Shown piece after piece: positions 1 to 13,434 of a DNA stretch of 64,000 nucleotides. Numbering within the stretch: the first letter of the stretch is position 1; every line of letters begins with the position of its first letter. The position numbers were made by a program, and so were the translations under genes. The notes under the pieces are model-generated. The model had not been told where the DNA came from. It searched no databases and was given only the letters and a program-made list of their open reading frames with translations. Origin of the DNA: Callorhinchus milii (Eukaryota). The DNA lies in NCBI RefSeq assembly GCF_018977255.1, contig NW_024704743.1, positions 98,582,001-98,646,000 on the forward strand. The letters run 5' to 3'.

Positions 1-509
1 GTGATTTCTCTTAAATTCAAAGTAACTGAACTGATTTTTTTAAAATCTACCAACAGCTTCTCCTCCTGCCCTCATATCATCATGTGTGGCATTCCTCAGG
101 ACTCTATCTTTGGTCCTCTCCTCTATTATTTACATGCTCCCGCTTGGTGACATCATCCACATGCATGGGGTTAATTTCCATCATGTATGAGGATGACGCC
201 CAACTCTTTCTCTCTGACTCCACCGTAGACTCCAGGTCCTTTACTGTTATGGCTGATAGTTGATCAGACATCAAGTCCTGGATGAGAGACGAGTTTCTCC
301 AGTTGACCGTTGATAAGACCTAGGCCCTGTTGCTTGGCTCCCGTCAGCGCCGCCACACCTCAGGTGCTGACAGCATCACCATACATTGATGCACTCTTCA
401 CCTCACTGAGCCAGTATGGAATCTTGATGTCCTTTTCGATGCTCAACTATCCTTTAAACCACACATCCATGCTATGACCCGTAAAATCCTCATCCTCACT
501 TTTAAAGCT

Positions 510-1310
510 GTTTTGTTCGACCCTGAGCTGTCCTTTCTCCCTCACATCCGCACCACAACTGGCACCGCCTTCCATCACCTCCGGAACATCGCCAGACTAC
601 GGCATTACCTCACCCCTCACGCTGCTGAAACCCTGGTTCACGCCTTTGTCACCTCAAGGCTGGACTATGGGAACTCTCTCCTCGCCGGCCTTCCCGCCAC
701 CTCCCTCCACAAGCTGCAGGTCATTCAGAACTCTGCAGCTCGTGTACTGTCCCGCACCAGGCTTCGCGACCACATCACTTCTACCCTCGCTCGCCTCCAC
801 TGGCTCCCCATCCCCCAGAGGATTGATTTCAAGATCCTCATCCTCACCTACAAGGCCATTCACGGCCTTGCTCCCTCCTACCTCTCCAACCTACTATCCC
901 CCTACTTACCTGCCCGTACCCTCCGTTCCTCTGGCTCCAGTCTGCTCCACGTCCCCCGCCCCAACCGCCCTACCATCGGTGGTCGGGCCTTCGGCCTCTC
1001 AGCCCCCGGGCTCTGGAACTCCATCCCCCAGTGCTTTCGCCGCTTCCTCCCTCTCCTCCTTCAAGGCCGGTCTCAAAATCTTTCTCTTTGACTGTGCCTT
1101 CAGCTCCCCTCTCGACTCTCTTCCCCCTCCTCGCTTCCTCCCTTCCCTCCCCTCACCCTGACCATTTGCCCCCTCCTCGCTCCCTCCCTTCCCTCCCCTC
1201 ACCCTGGCCGTTTCCCCCCTGCTCGGGTCGTGACCCAACTGTGCAGCGCCTTGGGACGTCCTCCTGACGTGAAAGGCGCTTTATAAATGGAATCTTGTTG
1301 TTGTTGTTGT
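510..1310 (+). mobile_element. Young 5'-truncated L2 LINE (ORF2 C-terminus plus 3' UTR)
   Basis: ORF 474..1091 has the L2 ORF2 C-terminal motifs [27 protein letters not shown] and LWNSIP. It is near-identical to 26499-27253 and ends ggacgtcctcctgacgtgaaaggcgc...(gtt)n. Confidence 0.95.
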
Positions 1311-1340
1311 CCACGGCCTTGCTCCTCCCTACCTCTGCGA

Positions 1341-1508
1341 TAAGAACATAAGAAATGCTAGACGAAAAAAGACCAAGGTCCATCTAGTTCGCCTTCCGCT
1401 TTCCTGGTGGTCAAATGCACATATGTCCCAAACTACCTATGTACTATATCCCATAATGTTATTTCCTCAAAGAAAACTATCTAATCTGCATTGGAAAGAA
1501 TCAACACT
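1341..1508 (-). mobile_element. Short CR1-type 3' tail fragment inserted in the old L2
   Basis: Begins aagaacataagaa (reverse complement of a ttcttatgttctt tail). tgcgat occurs on both sides, a probable TSD. Confidence 0.6.
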
Positions 1509-3333
1509 TGCGATCTATTAACACAATACCTACCTGCCCGCTCGCTCCGCTTGGGGGTTACTGACCTAGTTTGTGTCCCCGAGCTGCCCACTCCACCATC
1601 TGCTTTTCTGCCCCCACCATCCGGAACTCCATCCAGGAATCCCTCCACCTCACCCCCTCCCTTGCCTTTTTCAAGAGACTGTCCTCTTTGATCATGCTTG
1701 CAGTCATCTCCCACCCCCTACCCTCCACCCTTCTTGATTCCAACCCCAACTCAGGTGCAAACCCTTAACTGTCCAGGGCCTTGGGACATCCCTCTGATGT
1801 AGATTTACTATACCAATGTAATTTTGTTGTTTTTCTTTTAACTATACTTGGGAAAGTACTTTTGAAATTCAAGATAAAGTGGTTGTGTAACTGGAGAGGT
1901 TTGTACACTACTGATTGCATACATCATAGTAAACATATGAACACCATTCAGCCCATTGAACTTGTTGCATCATTTTATTCGACTTTTTTTGACAGGAGAG
2001 TTTTTAACCCCATTTCTGCAATGTTTCTCCATATCCCTCAATACTCTTACTTCCTGTGAATCCATCTCCTTTTAAAAAGCCCAATATGTGTCACTCTCAT
2101 CTCAGTCGGAGGAAAATTACTTTTTCTCTTCTGGTTTGGTGCAGCAGAATTTTTTTCAATTTAAAATTTCTCTAATCCAATCATTCTCAGGTTTATTTGA
2201 TACATACACTTAAACTGACTCATTTGCTTCTCAATTAACGCTTGCAAGTTACATCCTCATTCCTTTGAATCCTTAAGTTCATTGCCATTGATTAAAAACA
2301 TTGTCTAATAGCTAAAACTACTTTCATTATTGCAGACTTGTGCAAGATTATGGAACAACTGGAGAATATTTAGAAAATTCTCTTAAAATTTTTCTCTCTG
2401 AGTGTATTAAATTATCCTCCTTTCATATATTTTCCTTTTATATCGATAATGTTATGAAATACTTTTTTTTAACTGATATTCAGTGTTTCTGAAGCACAAA
2501 GTAAAAACAAGGCACATTTAAAGGACAGTAATTTATCACTGGCCTAACATATGGCAGTATAAGAACCCTCACTAAAGCACAAGTTCACTCATAATCGGAT
2601 GTCTTGGTGTAACTGGTGCACTTCACTTTTGCCTTCCAATGCTTGAAGCCAGCCAATCAATCACAACTGCTCTCGCAAAGGTTTCTAGCATGACAGCGGC
2701 ACGGCTGTCTGTCCTGCTCCCTGAGTGCCAGAGAAGGGATCTGGATGGTCAACTCTTGCCAGAAGCTGGAAGCGACACCAGTGGCAATCTGATGACCCAA
2801 AATCAAAACAAGTGTAATTTCTTTTTCAAGGACCTGTTGGAACGTTGTGTCCAAATCTATGGATCTGAAACGCCACATTATAACCTTGTCTTTGTTGTGC
2901 CTCCAGCATATGTACAGAAATTGCTTTTGTCAAATTTTATCAAATAATCTTAGTTGGAATTTTCATATGAAGCTATGAAAATCATCCTCTCTCATCAAAT
3001 CAATTCATGTTGATTCAAGATTTCAACAAATAGAGTGAAAACTAATTAGTTTAAACATTTTTAAATTGCCCCCCTTCCCCTATCCATAATTCAAGATACC
3101 ATATTGTAATTAAACCTCTTAATGTACACCTGGTTCTAATATTTTTATTATCTTCTATAAATGGACAAAGCTACTACGCATGATGTTGATCTTATTGATT
3201 CATTTCATGTTCTCCAGTTATTTTTAGCCAAATTGACTTGAAAGGTTAAGAAAGCATCAGCTTTTGAATTATTATGAACATCAGCGAGGCGGAAAGTGCT
3301 ACTGTCAGCACTATAGAAATCAGTGCTGAATAA

Positions 3334-5028
3334 ATCATAGAATCGGAATTATACAACACAGAAGGAGGCCATTCAGCCCATCGGCTTCCACCACGCTTTC
3401 AGGCAATGCATTCCAGATCCGAACAACTCGCTGTGTGAAAAAATTTCTCCTCACCTCCCCTCTGTTTCTTTTAACAACTATTTTAAATCGGTGTCCCCGG
3501 GTTACCGATCCACTCGCCAGTGGAAATAGCTTCTCCTTGTTCACCCTATCGAATGCCCTCATAATTTTGAAAACTTCTATTAAGTCTCCTCTTAACCTTC
3601 TCTGCTCCAAGGAGAATAATCCTTGCTTCTCTAGCCTCTCCTGATAACTGAAGTCCCTCATTCCTGCTACCATCCTGGTAAATCTCCTTTGCACCCTCTC
3701 CAATGCCTTAATATCCTTCCTAAAGTGTGGTGTCCAGAACTGAACACAGTACTCCAGCTGAGGCCTAACCAATGTTTTATAAAGGTGCATCATAACTTCC
3801 TGACTTTCGTATTCTATGGTCCTATTCATAATGCCTTGTATGCCGTGTGCTTTTGAACAGCTTTATCTACCCGTCCCGCCACCTTCAAAGATTTACTTAT
3901 ATGAATCCCCAGATCTCTCTGTTCCTTCACCCCCTTTAAGATTGTACCATCAGCTTCTAATGCTTCTCCTCATTCTTCCTCCCAAAATGCATCACTTTGG
4001 GAGATGGGTCAGTAACCCGAGGACACCAATTTAAAATAGTTGTTAAAAGAAACAGAGGGGAGGGGAGGAGAAATTTTTTCACACAGCGAGTTGTTCAGAT
4101 CTGGAATGCATTGCCTGAAAGGCTGGTGGAAGCCGATTCAATAACAACTTTTCAGAAAGAAGTAGATAATTATTTGGGGAGGACAAGTTTGCAGAGCTAT
4201 GGGGAGAGAGCGGGGGAGTGGTATTGAATTGGATAGCTCTTTTCAAAAAGCCGGCACAGACACGATGGGCCGAATGGCCTCCTTCTGTGTTGTATAATTC
4301 TATGATTTATTCAGCAGTGGTCCAATACTGACCCCCCTGGGGGGCACCACTGCACACTTCCCTCCAGTCAGAAAAACAAGCGTTCTGCTTTCGGTCTCCC
4401 AGCCAGTTCTGTATCCATGCTGCCACTGTCCCTTTAATACCATGGGCTTCTATTTTGCTTACAATCTCTTATGTAGCACTTTATCAAACACCTTTTGAAA
4501 ATCCATATAAACTTCATCAACCTACATCCAACATCTGTTACTTCATCAAAAAACTCTTATCAGGTTTGTTACATATGATTTGCCTTTAACAAATCCATAT
4601 TGGCTGCGCTTTATTAACCCATATTTTTCTAATTGAAATTCATCTTGTCCCGGATTATAGTCTCTGGAAGTTTCCCCACTATTAACATTAGCCTGACTGG
4701 CTTATAGTTCCTGGGTTTATCCTTCTGCCCCTTTTTGTACAGGGGAGTAACATTTGCAAACCTCTGGCACCACCCGTGTCCAACGAGGATTGAAAGATTG
4801 TGGCCAGAGCCTCCGTTATTTCCACCCTCAGTAACATAGAATGCATCCCGTCCGGACCGGGTGACTTATCCACCTTGAGCACTGACAACCTTTTTCGCAC
4901 CTCCTCTGTTTATTCTTATCCTATCCAATTTCTCTACCCACTCCTCTGATACTGTGGCATTGGCTGCATCCTCTTCTTTTGTGAAGACAGATGCAAAGTA
5001 CTCATTCAGTATGTCAGCCATGCCCTCT
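3334..5028 (-). mobile_element. CR1 LINE ORF2 3' half containing an inverted 3'-end copy at ~3998-4316
   Basis: ORF 3335..3829 (LYKTLVRPQLEYCVQFW, ERVQRRFTRM, RRLRGDLIEVFKIM, NFFTQRVVRIWNALP) and ORF 4688..4900 (KSPGPDGMH). Confidence 0.95.
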
Positions 5029-5624
5029 AATAGCTTTCCAACTCTTTAGATAGTACATATCTAAGATATGTTGGGGAAGAATTTTAAGCAGTAAAATATT
5101 TCTGTTTGACCATTATGATTCATTCAAGATATAATACGCCTGAGGCTTTCACGTGAAGTTGTGTGCAACACTGCATAAATATAACTAATTTCAAAACAGG
5201 TCTTCTCCCTGAAGGATAAGTGCAATTAAAGTGATAAAACGCATTAAAATGATTAAAAGTATTACAATTGGACACATAATTATAACATAATTTAAAGACA
5301 AAGGAGAGGTCATCTTTAAATAATAAGGTTTTAAATGCAAGATAGAAACAAAAATGTGGATCAGAATCCTTGCAAGTAAAATAACATGTTCCCATTAGCA
5401 GAGAGCAAAGGTTGCTTTAAGATTCCAATCTGCCAATTTTGCTATAAAATCAAAATAGAATAAAAAGATGGTTCACTATGTTTTTTATATCATAGAAGCT
5501 TCATGCAATAAATTTCAAAAGTGTACCATCTCAAAATATGGTCTTCAAGTAATGTCCATCATTGGGAAAATATATGCATCTATGAATATCAACAAACCCC
5601 AAGATAAAATTAGTTATTCACTTC

Positions 5625-5970
5625 ATGGCTGTTTGTGTGACATGGCTAAGTCTCCCTATGTCATCCCGACATGAAATACAAATGTAATTTTGTTGTTGTG
5701 TGCAGTATTCACCTACAAAATACACAATCACTGTATTTTACAGTATATTCTGTGAAGTGCTTTAAGACCTCTTCCAGATGCGAAATGCAAGGATTAAGGT
5801 TATTATTATCACGAATGTTTGTGGGACACCTCTGTATGCAATTGGCTGCCACATTTTTCACCAACAAAATATAGAATCAATTCACTTTACAGTATATTCG
5901 GTGAAGCGCTTTGAGACGTCTCAAAGATGTGATAAGGCACTATATCAAAGGATTATTATATTATTATATT
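5625..5970 (+). mobile_element. Cluster of decayed SINE 3' fragments (Deu-domain end plus L2-like tail)
   Basis: Repeated ttcactttacagtatattc.gtgaagcgctttgagacgtc... motifs with (tta)n tails. Confidence 0.75.
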
Positions 5971-8389
5971 ATTTGATCAGTTGACTGTTACCTTTGCATG
6001 CTATGCTGTATAAGAGACCAACTTTTCTTGGAAGAAATGGGAGTCTTACTGTGCAGATAATAGGCAGAAAATCAATGGTCCAAAAAGAGATTGTATTGGA
6101 GATACTGTATAATTACAGTGTTTGGTGACACACTGGAGACTCTGCATTGCATTAAGGGCAAAGTATTGCTGCTGGAAGTGAGAGAGAGATTAGAGGATAT
6201 TGCAACCAACAATTTCTCTCACTTGCACAACTGAGTATGTTTAGAGCTCAATTAGCTAGTGCCTATCACGAGTGGGTCTTTTAAACACAGTGGATAACCT
6301 AGGAGTTTTTAAGAAATTATTTTTGAGTGTAAGCTAAATCAATTCCAACACCTATATTAAAACACTGCAGCTATGCAAATCAATGTTCTGGTGAAATCAA
6401 TTTCTTGAGTGGGTCTCTACAGCCAGGATCAGACACTAATCTAAAACTAGAAAAGATTACCACAGAGAAATTCTTTAATCTAGTGTCAGCACCATCTATT
6501 TTAATGAAACCATCATATGAGCTGAAAAGATTACATGAACTCTGGGCAATGAAAGAGATAGACTCGCCAGATGAAGTTGCACCCACACTCCACCAAGAAA
6601 AGTGAGGTATATAACAATTTGTGGCAAGAAGTAAGACACCATTGCTCAGAATGTATAAGTCCCTCAGTACCTAATGGCTAAAGTATAAAAGATTATTTTA
6701 GTCATTCAGTGCCTCATCACTAAAATGCCTATCTTCATATATAAAAACTTCAATCATTCATGCTCAATATCTTCACATTCAAGGCAGGAAACCATTTTAT
6801 ACAATTTATTAAGCTATGTACATATTACAATAAAAAATGAAAATCTGCTTCTCATCATCAACAGAGCTGTTGAAACATTAGATCACCATGAAAATGTTGT
6901 CGGATTGAACTACAAGTGCAGAGTGGGGTGATTACGTAAGGTCTGCTACAAGAAAAGAAATGTAAATACAGAAGAAAAATAATGGTAACATTGAGGAAAA
7001 TGCTGCTAGCTACAGTTTTGACGTTGATGCAGTCAATTAATGCAGACGAAGTAGCTCTGAATTTATCTCACCAATTTTCTTCTTCAGAAAAAATAATCCC
7101 CTCAGTTTGCTTTGAATAAACTTGAAGTCTGAATACTGCAGTGAAACCAATTTTTACTTTCATAAACATTAATGAAGGAACAATTTAGCATAATAGCTGC
7201 AGAGCATGGTTTGCTCCGCAAATAAAAAGAGAAACAAGCGATTGGTTTACTTAACTCTAATAATCAGTGAGACTCCAGAATAGTTCCTCAATGTGACTTT
7301 AAATTCACTGGTCTCAGTATAAAATCCAGTTAACATCATCAAGAAAACTGACATCACTTCCACAGATCTAAAAATAACCTTTATTCAAAATATCTCTCAA
7401 GCTTTGACAATTGCAATTTTGCATTTTGTGACTGAATAAGTCGATTTACAATTTTTTAATGCAACAAAATGCAGTTTAGAAAATATAATAATAATAGTAC
7501 TTGTATTTGATATAGTGCACTATCACATCGTCGAAACGTCTCAAAGCGTTTCACAGTAAAGTGAATTGACTGTATATTTTGTAGGTGAATCAAATTAAAT
7601 TGATTGGAAATATTTCCAAATTAATTTTGGTTCAGTTGGTAGCACTCTCACTTCCAGATACAATTGGTCTTTCACTTCATGACTGTTTGCGGAGCACTAC
7701 TGTACGCAAATTGATTCACAGGCTCGCTTACAAGATAGTCACTACACTTTACAGAACTCCCGTGATGAACTTCCAATGTGAAATACAATTTACCATACTA
7801 TTTAAATTTATATAGCCACTTTCACGCCTTTCGTGTCACTGAAAGATACTGTATCAAATGCAAAAAAATTGTTCAGTTCACTACACAAGAAAACACAGTA
7901 TACAATGAGTTACAAAAGAGTAACTTGGTTCCCAATGATATGTCTCATGGAAGATGGTAATATGAAGCATGATCATATGATGTGAGGTGAGTTGTAACTA
8001 TGGAACACAATCCAAAGTGCACAATTCTCTGAAATGCATGGAAACAAAATAATTTATTTCTTCTAAATGAAATCAGATTAGATTTTACAATCAAAGATAA
8101 CCCAGAGGAAAATTATTGCCTTTTTGGGGGTCAACCATACATATGAAAACCCATTACCATGCTTAAGATTACCATCATTAAGAGAATCCAAACAGGTCCA
8201 ATCATCCCACCTATTCATGGAAATTCCAGAGATATTTATAGGAATGGAATACACACTCTCTCCATAGTGGAAGATATCCTGTTTACCTAATTTTGGATAG
8301 TTTTAAGTGCAGATTGGCAAGAGCCAAAGCTTGGGAGCCTCAGAGTATGTGTTGGGGTACTCCTGGAGCCGTAGTAGCTAAATCCACAG

Positions 8390-8825
8390 AGCTTGCCATT
8401 GAAAGTACAAACTGGCAAGCTTTCCTGCTGCTTGCCTAGCTAGGACCACCCTATGCATTAGGGCTGTGCAGGTTTAACAGGGTTAATAGGAGCCTAGTGG
8501 GAAGAATCCTTGTCCCCAGTGATTGGTCTGCCCCTCCAAGTCCTGCTTGGGCTGTCATCAGCAGTGGCTTAAAGTATTGCAGACCCGCCTGGTTCAGGAA
8601 CTTGGCGACCAAGGCTGCCACAGAGGGCTGGCTTGATTCTGACATTTCATTGCCAAACATGTCACCTTGGCCCAAATTCAGCTTCAAGAAGATCTTGCTT
8701 AGCTTCCCCCAAATGAGGACAGTACCCAGTTGGTTATTGGACATCTAACAAATGCTGGTTTGAGCCCTCAGTGGGTGGATGGTAAGCACCAGGAACACCC
8801 TAAGAATTCTTGCCATTATTGGCAA
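8390..8825 (+). repeat. Unclassified interspersed repeat, copy 1 (homologous to ~30590-30853 and ~51780-52070)
   Basis: Shares tagtgggaagaatcc and catcagca.tg...agta.tgcagacc.gcctgg.tcag with the 30.7 kb copy, and tgattctgacatt...tgccaaac with the 51.9 kb copy. Confidence 0.8.
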
Positions 8826-8898
8826 GCTGTTAAACCTTCCTTTTTTAAAATCAAGTGGTAGCGATACCTCCAGGTGAAACAAGCCAATAAAAATCATA

Positions 8899-9264
8899 TA
8901 ATAATCCTTGCATTTGATATAGTGCCTCATCACATCTTTGAGATGTCTCAAAGTGCTTCACAGAATATATTGTAAAGTGAATTGATTGTATATTTTGTGG
9001 GCGAAATGCAGCAGCCAAGTTGCGCACAGCGGTGTCCCACAAACAGTCGTGGATTGGTGACCAATTTATTATTATTTTTTTGAAGGAATTATTACACCCA
9101 GAAAAGCTATCTGCCAATCGACTAACAACCGGATTCTTACTTATTGCTAGGTAAACAAAGGCGTGTGGACTAACAAAACTTGCCCAACATTTCGCACTGC
9201 CAGGAATCAAACCCAGGTCTCTCGCTTGCGAGGCGAGTGCTCTAACCAATGAGCTACAGGACTC
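8899..9264 (-). mobile_element. tRNA-derived SINE, long variant
   Basis: On the minus strand: head gagtcctgtagctcattggttagagcactcgc, B-box, Deu-like 3' body, and tail gatgaggcactatatcaaatgcaaggattatta. Confidence 0.9.
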
Positions 9265-9359
9265 AAATTCCTGGCTGGGACACCAAAATAAACTCCCTTC
9301 TGTTTTCAAATAGTATCCAAGCTTGGAGTCACCAAACTGCTTTGTTCTACTTCACAAGA

Positions 9360-9640
9360 GTACAAGGCTGGGTCAGATGAAGAACGTTTGAGCCATTTGA
9401 TCTCATCCTCCCATCACACTACCAAGTTTTTTTTAAAAATGAGTTCAGCATCCAAGTCTCAACCATCCCTTCTGGGAAACTGTTCCAGTCATTCACTACC
9501 TTCTGAATAAAGAAATGCTTCCTTATTGAAACTGTAACTCTAAACCTGTGTCTTCTTCTGCTGCCCAATTGCATTCAAAACTCTTGTTCTGGGTTTACTT
9601 TCTCAATCACATTTAAAATCTTATATATCTCTGTAAGGTC
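9360..9640 (-). mobile_element. Old CR1 3' fragment
   Basis: ttccagtcattcactaccttctgaataaagaaatgcttcc is the reverse complement of the CR1 'HFFxQxVVxxWN' region. Confidence 0.6.
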
Positions 9641-10085
9641 GCTATGCAACTTCATTGTTTGTCGACGTCCCCAACTCCTCCCTCCATAGGCTGCAGACCA
9701 TCCGGAGCTCTGCAGCCCATGTCCTCTCCCGCTCTATGCTCCGCAACCCTATCAACTCCATCCTCGCCCGACTCCACTGGCTTCCCATCACACAGAGGAT
9801 ACAGTTCAAGATCCTGGTCCTCACCTTCAAAGCCCTCCGTGGTCTTGCTCCCCCCTACCTCTGTGACCTCCTAACCCCCTACCATCCTGCTTGCTCCCTC
9901 CTCTCAGCGGGCTCTGGTCTGCTTCACGTTCCTCGCCTCGCTCGCACCCCTATTGGCCAGTGGGTCTTCTGCCACTGCCCCCACCCTCTGGAACTCCATC
10001 CCGCAGTCCCTCCGCCTCGCCCCCTCCCTCACCACCTTCAAAACCCATCTCAAGGCACTTCACTTCGAGTTCCTGAGTTCCACCA
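9640..10085 (+). mobile_element. L2 ORF2 C-terminal fragment
   Basis: ORF 9655..10101 contains [25 protein letters not shown]. Confidence 0.9.
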
Positions 10086-11149
10086 TCACCACCACTTCTA
10101 GAAAGCAGTTAAGCCATCCATTTTGTCTCTCTCTTAATTTGTTTCAATATTTTTATTTAAACTGTGAATGTTAATATCATCATCAGTGGGTAGCTTGGAG
10201 GAATTAATGAGTCTGACAGTGGGTGAGAGCTGGATTAACATGCACAGCAGATGCTGTGATTTCTGTTTAAATTACTGTATCTCTACTGCTGTTAATTCAC
10301 CCCGTTCACATTGTTGAGCCTAGTATTTCCCACTTCCCCCAATTACTTTAGAAGTTTATAAAATTTGCCGTTCAAGTTTATAGCACAGAAAACCTGCAGA
10401 GATGTCATAAACTCTATGATAGCATGCACCTTTGCAAACATTTTGTTCAGAATTTTTTTTTAAAACTTTTGGTAATATTTATTAACTGATGTTATGGCCA
10501 ATAATTCTCCAGATTAAATGGCGTTCAACTCATGGTGCTTGTGGGACCTTACTCCACACAACTGGACTACAGAATTTGCTTACAAGAATAAGTTACTATA
10601 CTTGATATTAGCTGTAAAACACTTAGAGAAGTTAACATTTTTGGTGCTATACTGTAATCCTTGCAAAGATTGCGTAAACTGTAGTAACTGTGTATTTTGG
10701 GGCATCCAATTTTGTGCACAGCAAAGTCCCACAAACAGCTGTGAAAAATATTTTTTGTCTCACTATATACTATATCAGAGAGAGGAAAAAACAATGCCTC
10801 CACTATTATTTTTCATTTAAACATTAGAAAGGAAGAGATAAAATTAACATAATAGGCACAAATAATCAGTTGAATATACTTTGGAAAAATAGATGCAGAC
10901 CTTGTACTGCATCTACTTTCCAATAAACAACACATCTCTGTCCAGATTTAAATCCAGAAAAAAATGATTATAGAATATAAGAGATTTTAATAGATCTATC
11001 TCGTAATTTGTGTTTCCATATTTAGATTTTAGAACTAAAATACTCTTGAGTTACAAGAAGGAGTTGGAATAAAATATCTTGCAGTTTATCACCCACATAC
11101 TCTGGTAATTAGTCCACTTTTCTCCTATTAATACTGAAATTCCAACTAC

Positions 11150-11450
11150 ACTATAGTGACAGTAGGACTCTTCTCTCTGGGTCACCAGAAGGTTGCAGGT
11201 TTGAGCATCACACCAGGATTTCAGATCAGATTCCAGATTCAGAATCCAGCTGATACTTTAGTACAGTACTGAGTAAAGCACCTATCTGCTTTGATAGATT
11301 TCAGTAATCCCAAAGCAGTTTCAAAGAAGACATCTACCAGAAGTTTAGACAGGTATTAGGAGAGGGGGAGACCCATGTGGAGCATAAACCCCAGCACTGA
11401 TTCGCTGGGACAAATGGCCTTTTTCTGTGCTGTAGTTTTCTGTGCAATTC
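11150..11450 (+). mobile_element. Decayed Deu-type SINE head followed by a CR1 3' tail
   Basis: cagaaggttgcaggtttgag...gctgatactttagtacagtactgag, then atgtggagcataaaccccagc...aaatggcctttttctgtgctgta. Confidence 0.6.
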
Positions 11451-13434
11451 TACACATCTCAGCCAATGTTCCTCCTTCATTGAAATTCATTTTGAAAATG
11501 TATTTGATATTTCAAGCAAATAATCATCCCTGGAATAGTCAGTTGGAGGAGCTATATTACCAGATTTTATCCTTTCTTTATTACTGGAGAAATATCTCAT
11601 AACTGAGTTTTGTTTTTCTGCTGTAATATAACATATTAATATAATGTAGGATATTAATATTGATATTCAATACTTTGGCCTCTCACGATTCTGACTGTGA
11701 AATCTATTTCCAGGATTAATGTTGGAATTCAGCATTGGTACTGTGTTATACTAATTTTAATATGGTTTTTAAACCCTTCAGGAGAGACGACAGGGGTATG
11801 GATAAGTGAGAGGATAAGGAGGGGTGGAGGCTCATGTGGAGTATAAACACAGACGAGTTGAGCCAAATGGGTTGTTTCAGAGCTGTTGTCTACAGAATTC
11901 AATGCAATGTTTTAGAAAATATAATCGAACAGAAATAAAAGGAAAAATTGCCATTAGGTAAATTTGGCACCTAATCTATACAGCAGTGTCTTAAACAATG
12001 AAATGAGTAAGGTTTATCACTAAGATACAATGCACTTTCTGCTAAGATATCACAAAAACAAACCCTTTGAATTTCTTATGCTTTTACAGTTACAATGCAA
12101 TAAAAACAGCACAAAGAAATATTAAAACAAAAAGGAATTGGAATTTTATTGGGTATTTCCAAATATAATTTGGAAAATAGGAGGTATATGCTAAAATGAT
12201 AGACTCAAGAAGTATAAGCACAGGAAGGAGTGCTATATACTTTTTAATTTAATTTTTAGAAAATATTTACTTGTTTAGGAACAAATGTTATTCTGCAAGA
12301 CTTTTTAAAACCTATCTTATACAGTTTCCTGTAGTTGAACAAAGCAACATAAAAATGATCTACATTGTGGAAACTGTAATACAGTGCCACATAAGTAAGG
12401 CAGTATTGTGCAAGTTTCAGAACAATATCTAGTTTGAGGCGTTGGACCATTTTTAAGTTTGGCTTCCAAAAAGAAAAAAAAACAGGGGCAGAGGGTCTAA
12501 AACCATCAGCTTCCTAAAAATAGTTTTTATAAAATGCAATTTTAAAATAGTTTTTTTGTGCCACATAATGTTCATTAAATCAGATATCGATTGTGAATGT
12601 GCTTACAAATACACGGCAGTCAACTGAAATATTTTGGGAACATTTTTTATTAAAGAAAGAGACCTTCAGTTGACCTGTAAGCACATATTTTTCCCTTCAC
12701 CCAGAGGCACTATACTGGTAAATCATATACGAGAATGTCCTTTCCAGAAATGTAGTATAATGGGTTTGAGCACAAATATTGTGAAGTTAATGTATTTCTA
12801 ACTCAGGTAGAAATAAACTCAGGGCATTGCTGTAGATGTCACCTCTTATTTTCTCACCTACAGTCGATTCATTCCACAGCAACTTTAATAAATGCAGCAA
12901 ACCATTTTCCACTGGTGATAGGTACACTTACAATATTTCAAATAAATTAATCCAAATGTTTTCCTCTCACCTCTCTTCTGAAAATCCACTCCAATACTTA
13001 CTCTGTGCAATGAAATACAGAAGTGATAAAACTATATTTGAGATCCTAACTTATGTTCCTGCCCAATGTCCCACATATATACATGAAGTGAATGACCAAT
13101 TTTATTTGGGTAATTGTTAGCTCGAACTCTTTGAGAAACTCTCTTTCCGAATGGTTGGTGTCAGAGTCATGAACGCGTGTTTGTACATCCAGTGCTACAA
13201 AGCCATTGTGATTGGTTTGCAGTGAGGGAAGCAGCTCCTTCTTACTTAATCAGCTGCTCCACACCTCTAACTAATGGAACCATTAAGGGATGCATGTCCC
13301 AGCTGTGGGCAGAAGGTGGTGGCAATTCACGTTGAGTTGTGTGCCCACCAAGAGGTTCCTGCTACCTGTCATCCACCTAAAGGTGTGATCAGTTTCCCTA
13401 TATGTCAGACACTCAGCTGAGCAAAAAAATGTTT

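Larger units (their letters stand above)
80..1830 (+). mobile_element. Old degenerate L2 LINE (RT to 3' tail), split by two later insertions at ~510-1310 and ~1341-1508
   Basis: Decayed RT motifs at 80-480 (GIPQDSIFGPLL-like, tatgaggatgac as a YADD remnant). KILILTFKA at 483-509 resumes as HGLAPPYLCD at 1311. L2 tail ccttgggacatccctctgatgt...gtaattttgttgtt at ~1780-1830. Confidence 0.85.

Noticed and set aside
646..1161. Pro/Ser-rich ORFs (also 26404..27177) and their antisense counterparts
   Set aside because: These are alternative frames of C-rich L2 ORF2 sequence, not independent genes.
2639..2947. Overlapping ORFs in unique DNA (also 6380-6605, 16929-17230, 57160-57320)
   Set aside because: No recognisable protein motifs or convincing paired splice sites, so they cannot be supported as CDS.
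8851..9309. Recurrent short ORFs ending in [11 protein letters not shown] or ALYQMQGLL
   Set aside because: These are chance translations of the SINE body and tail.
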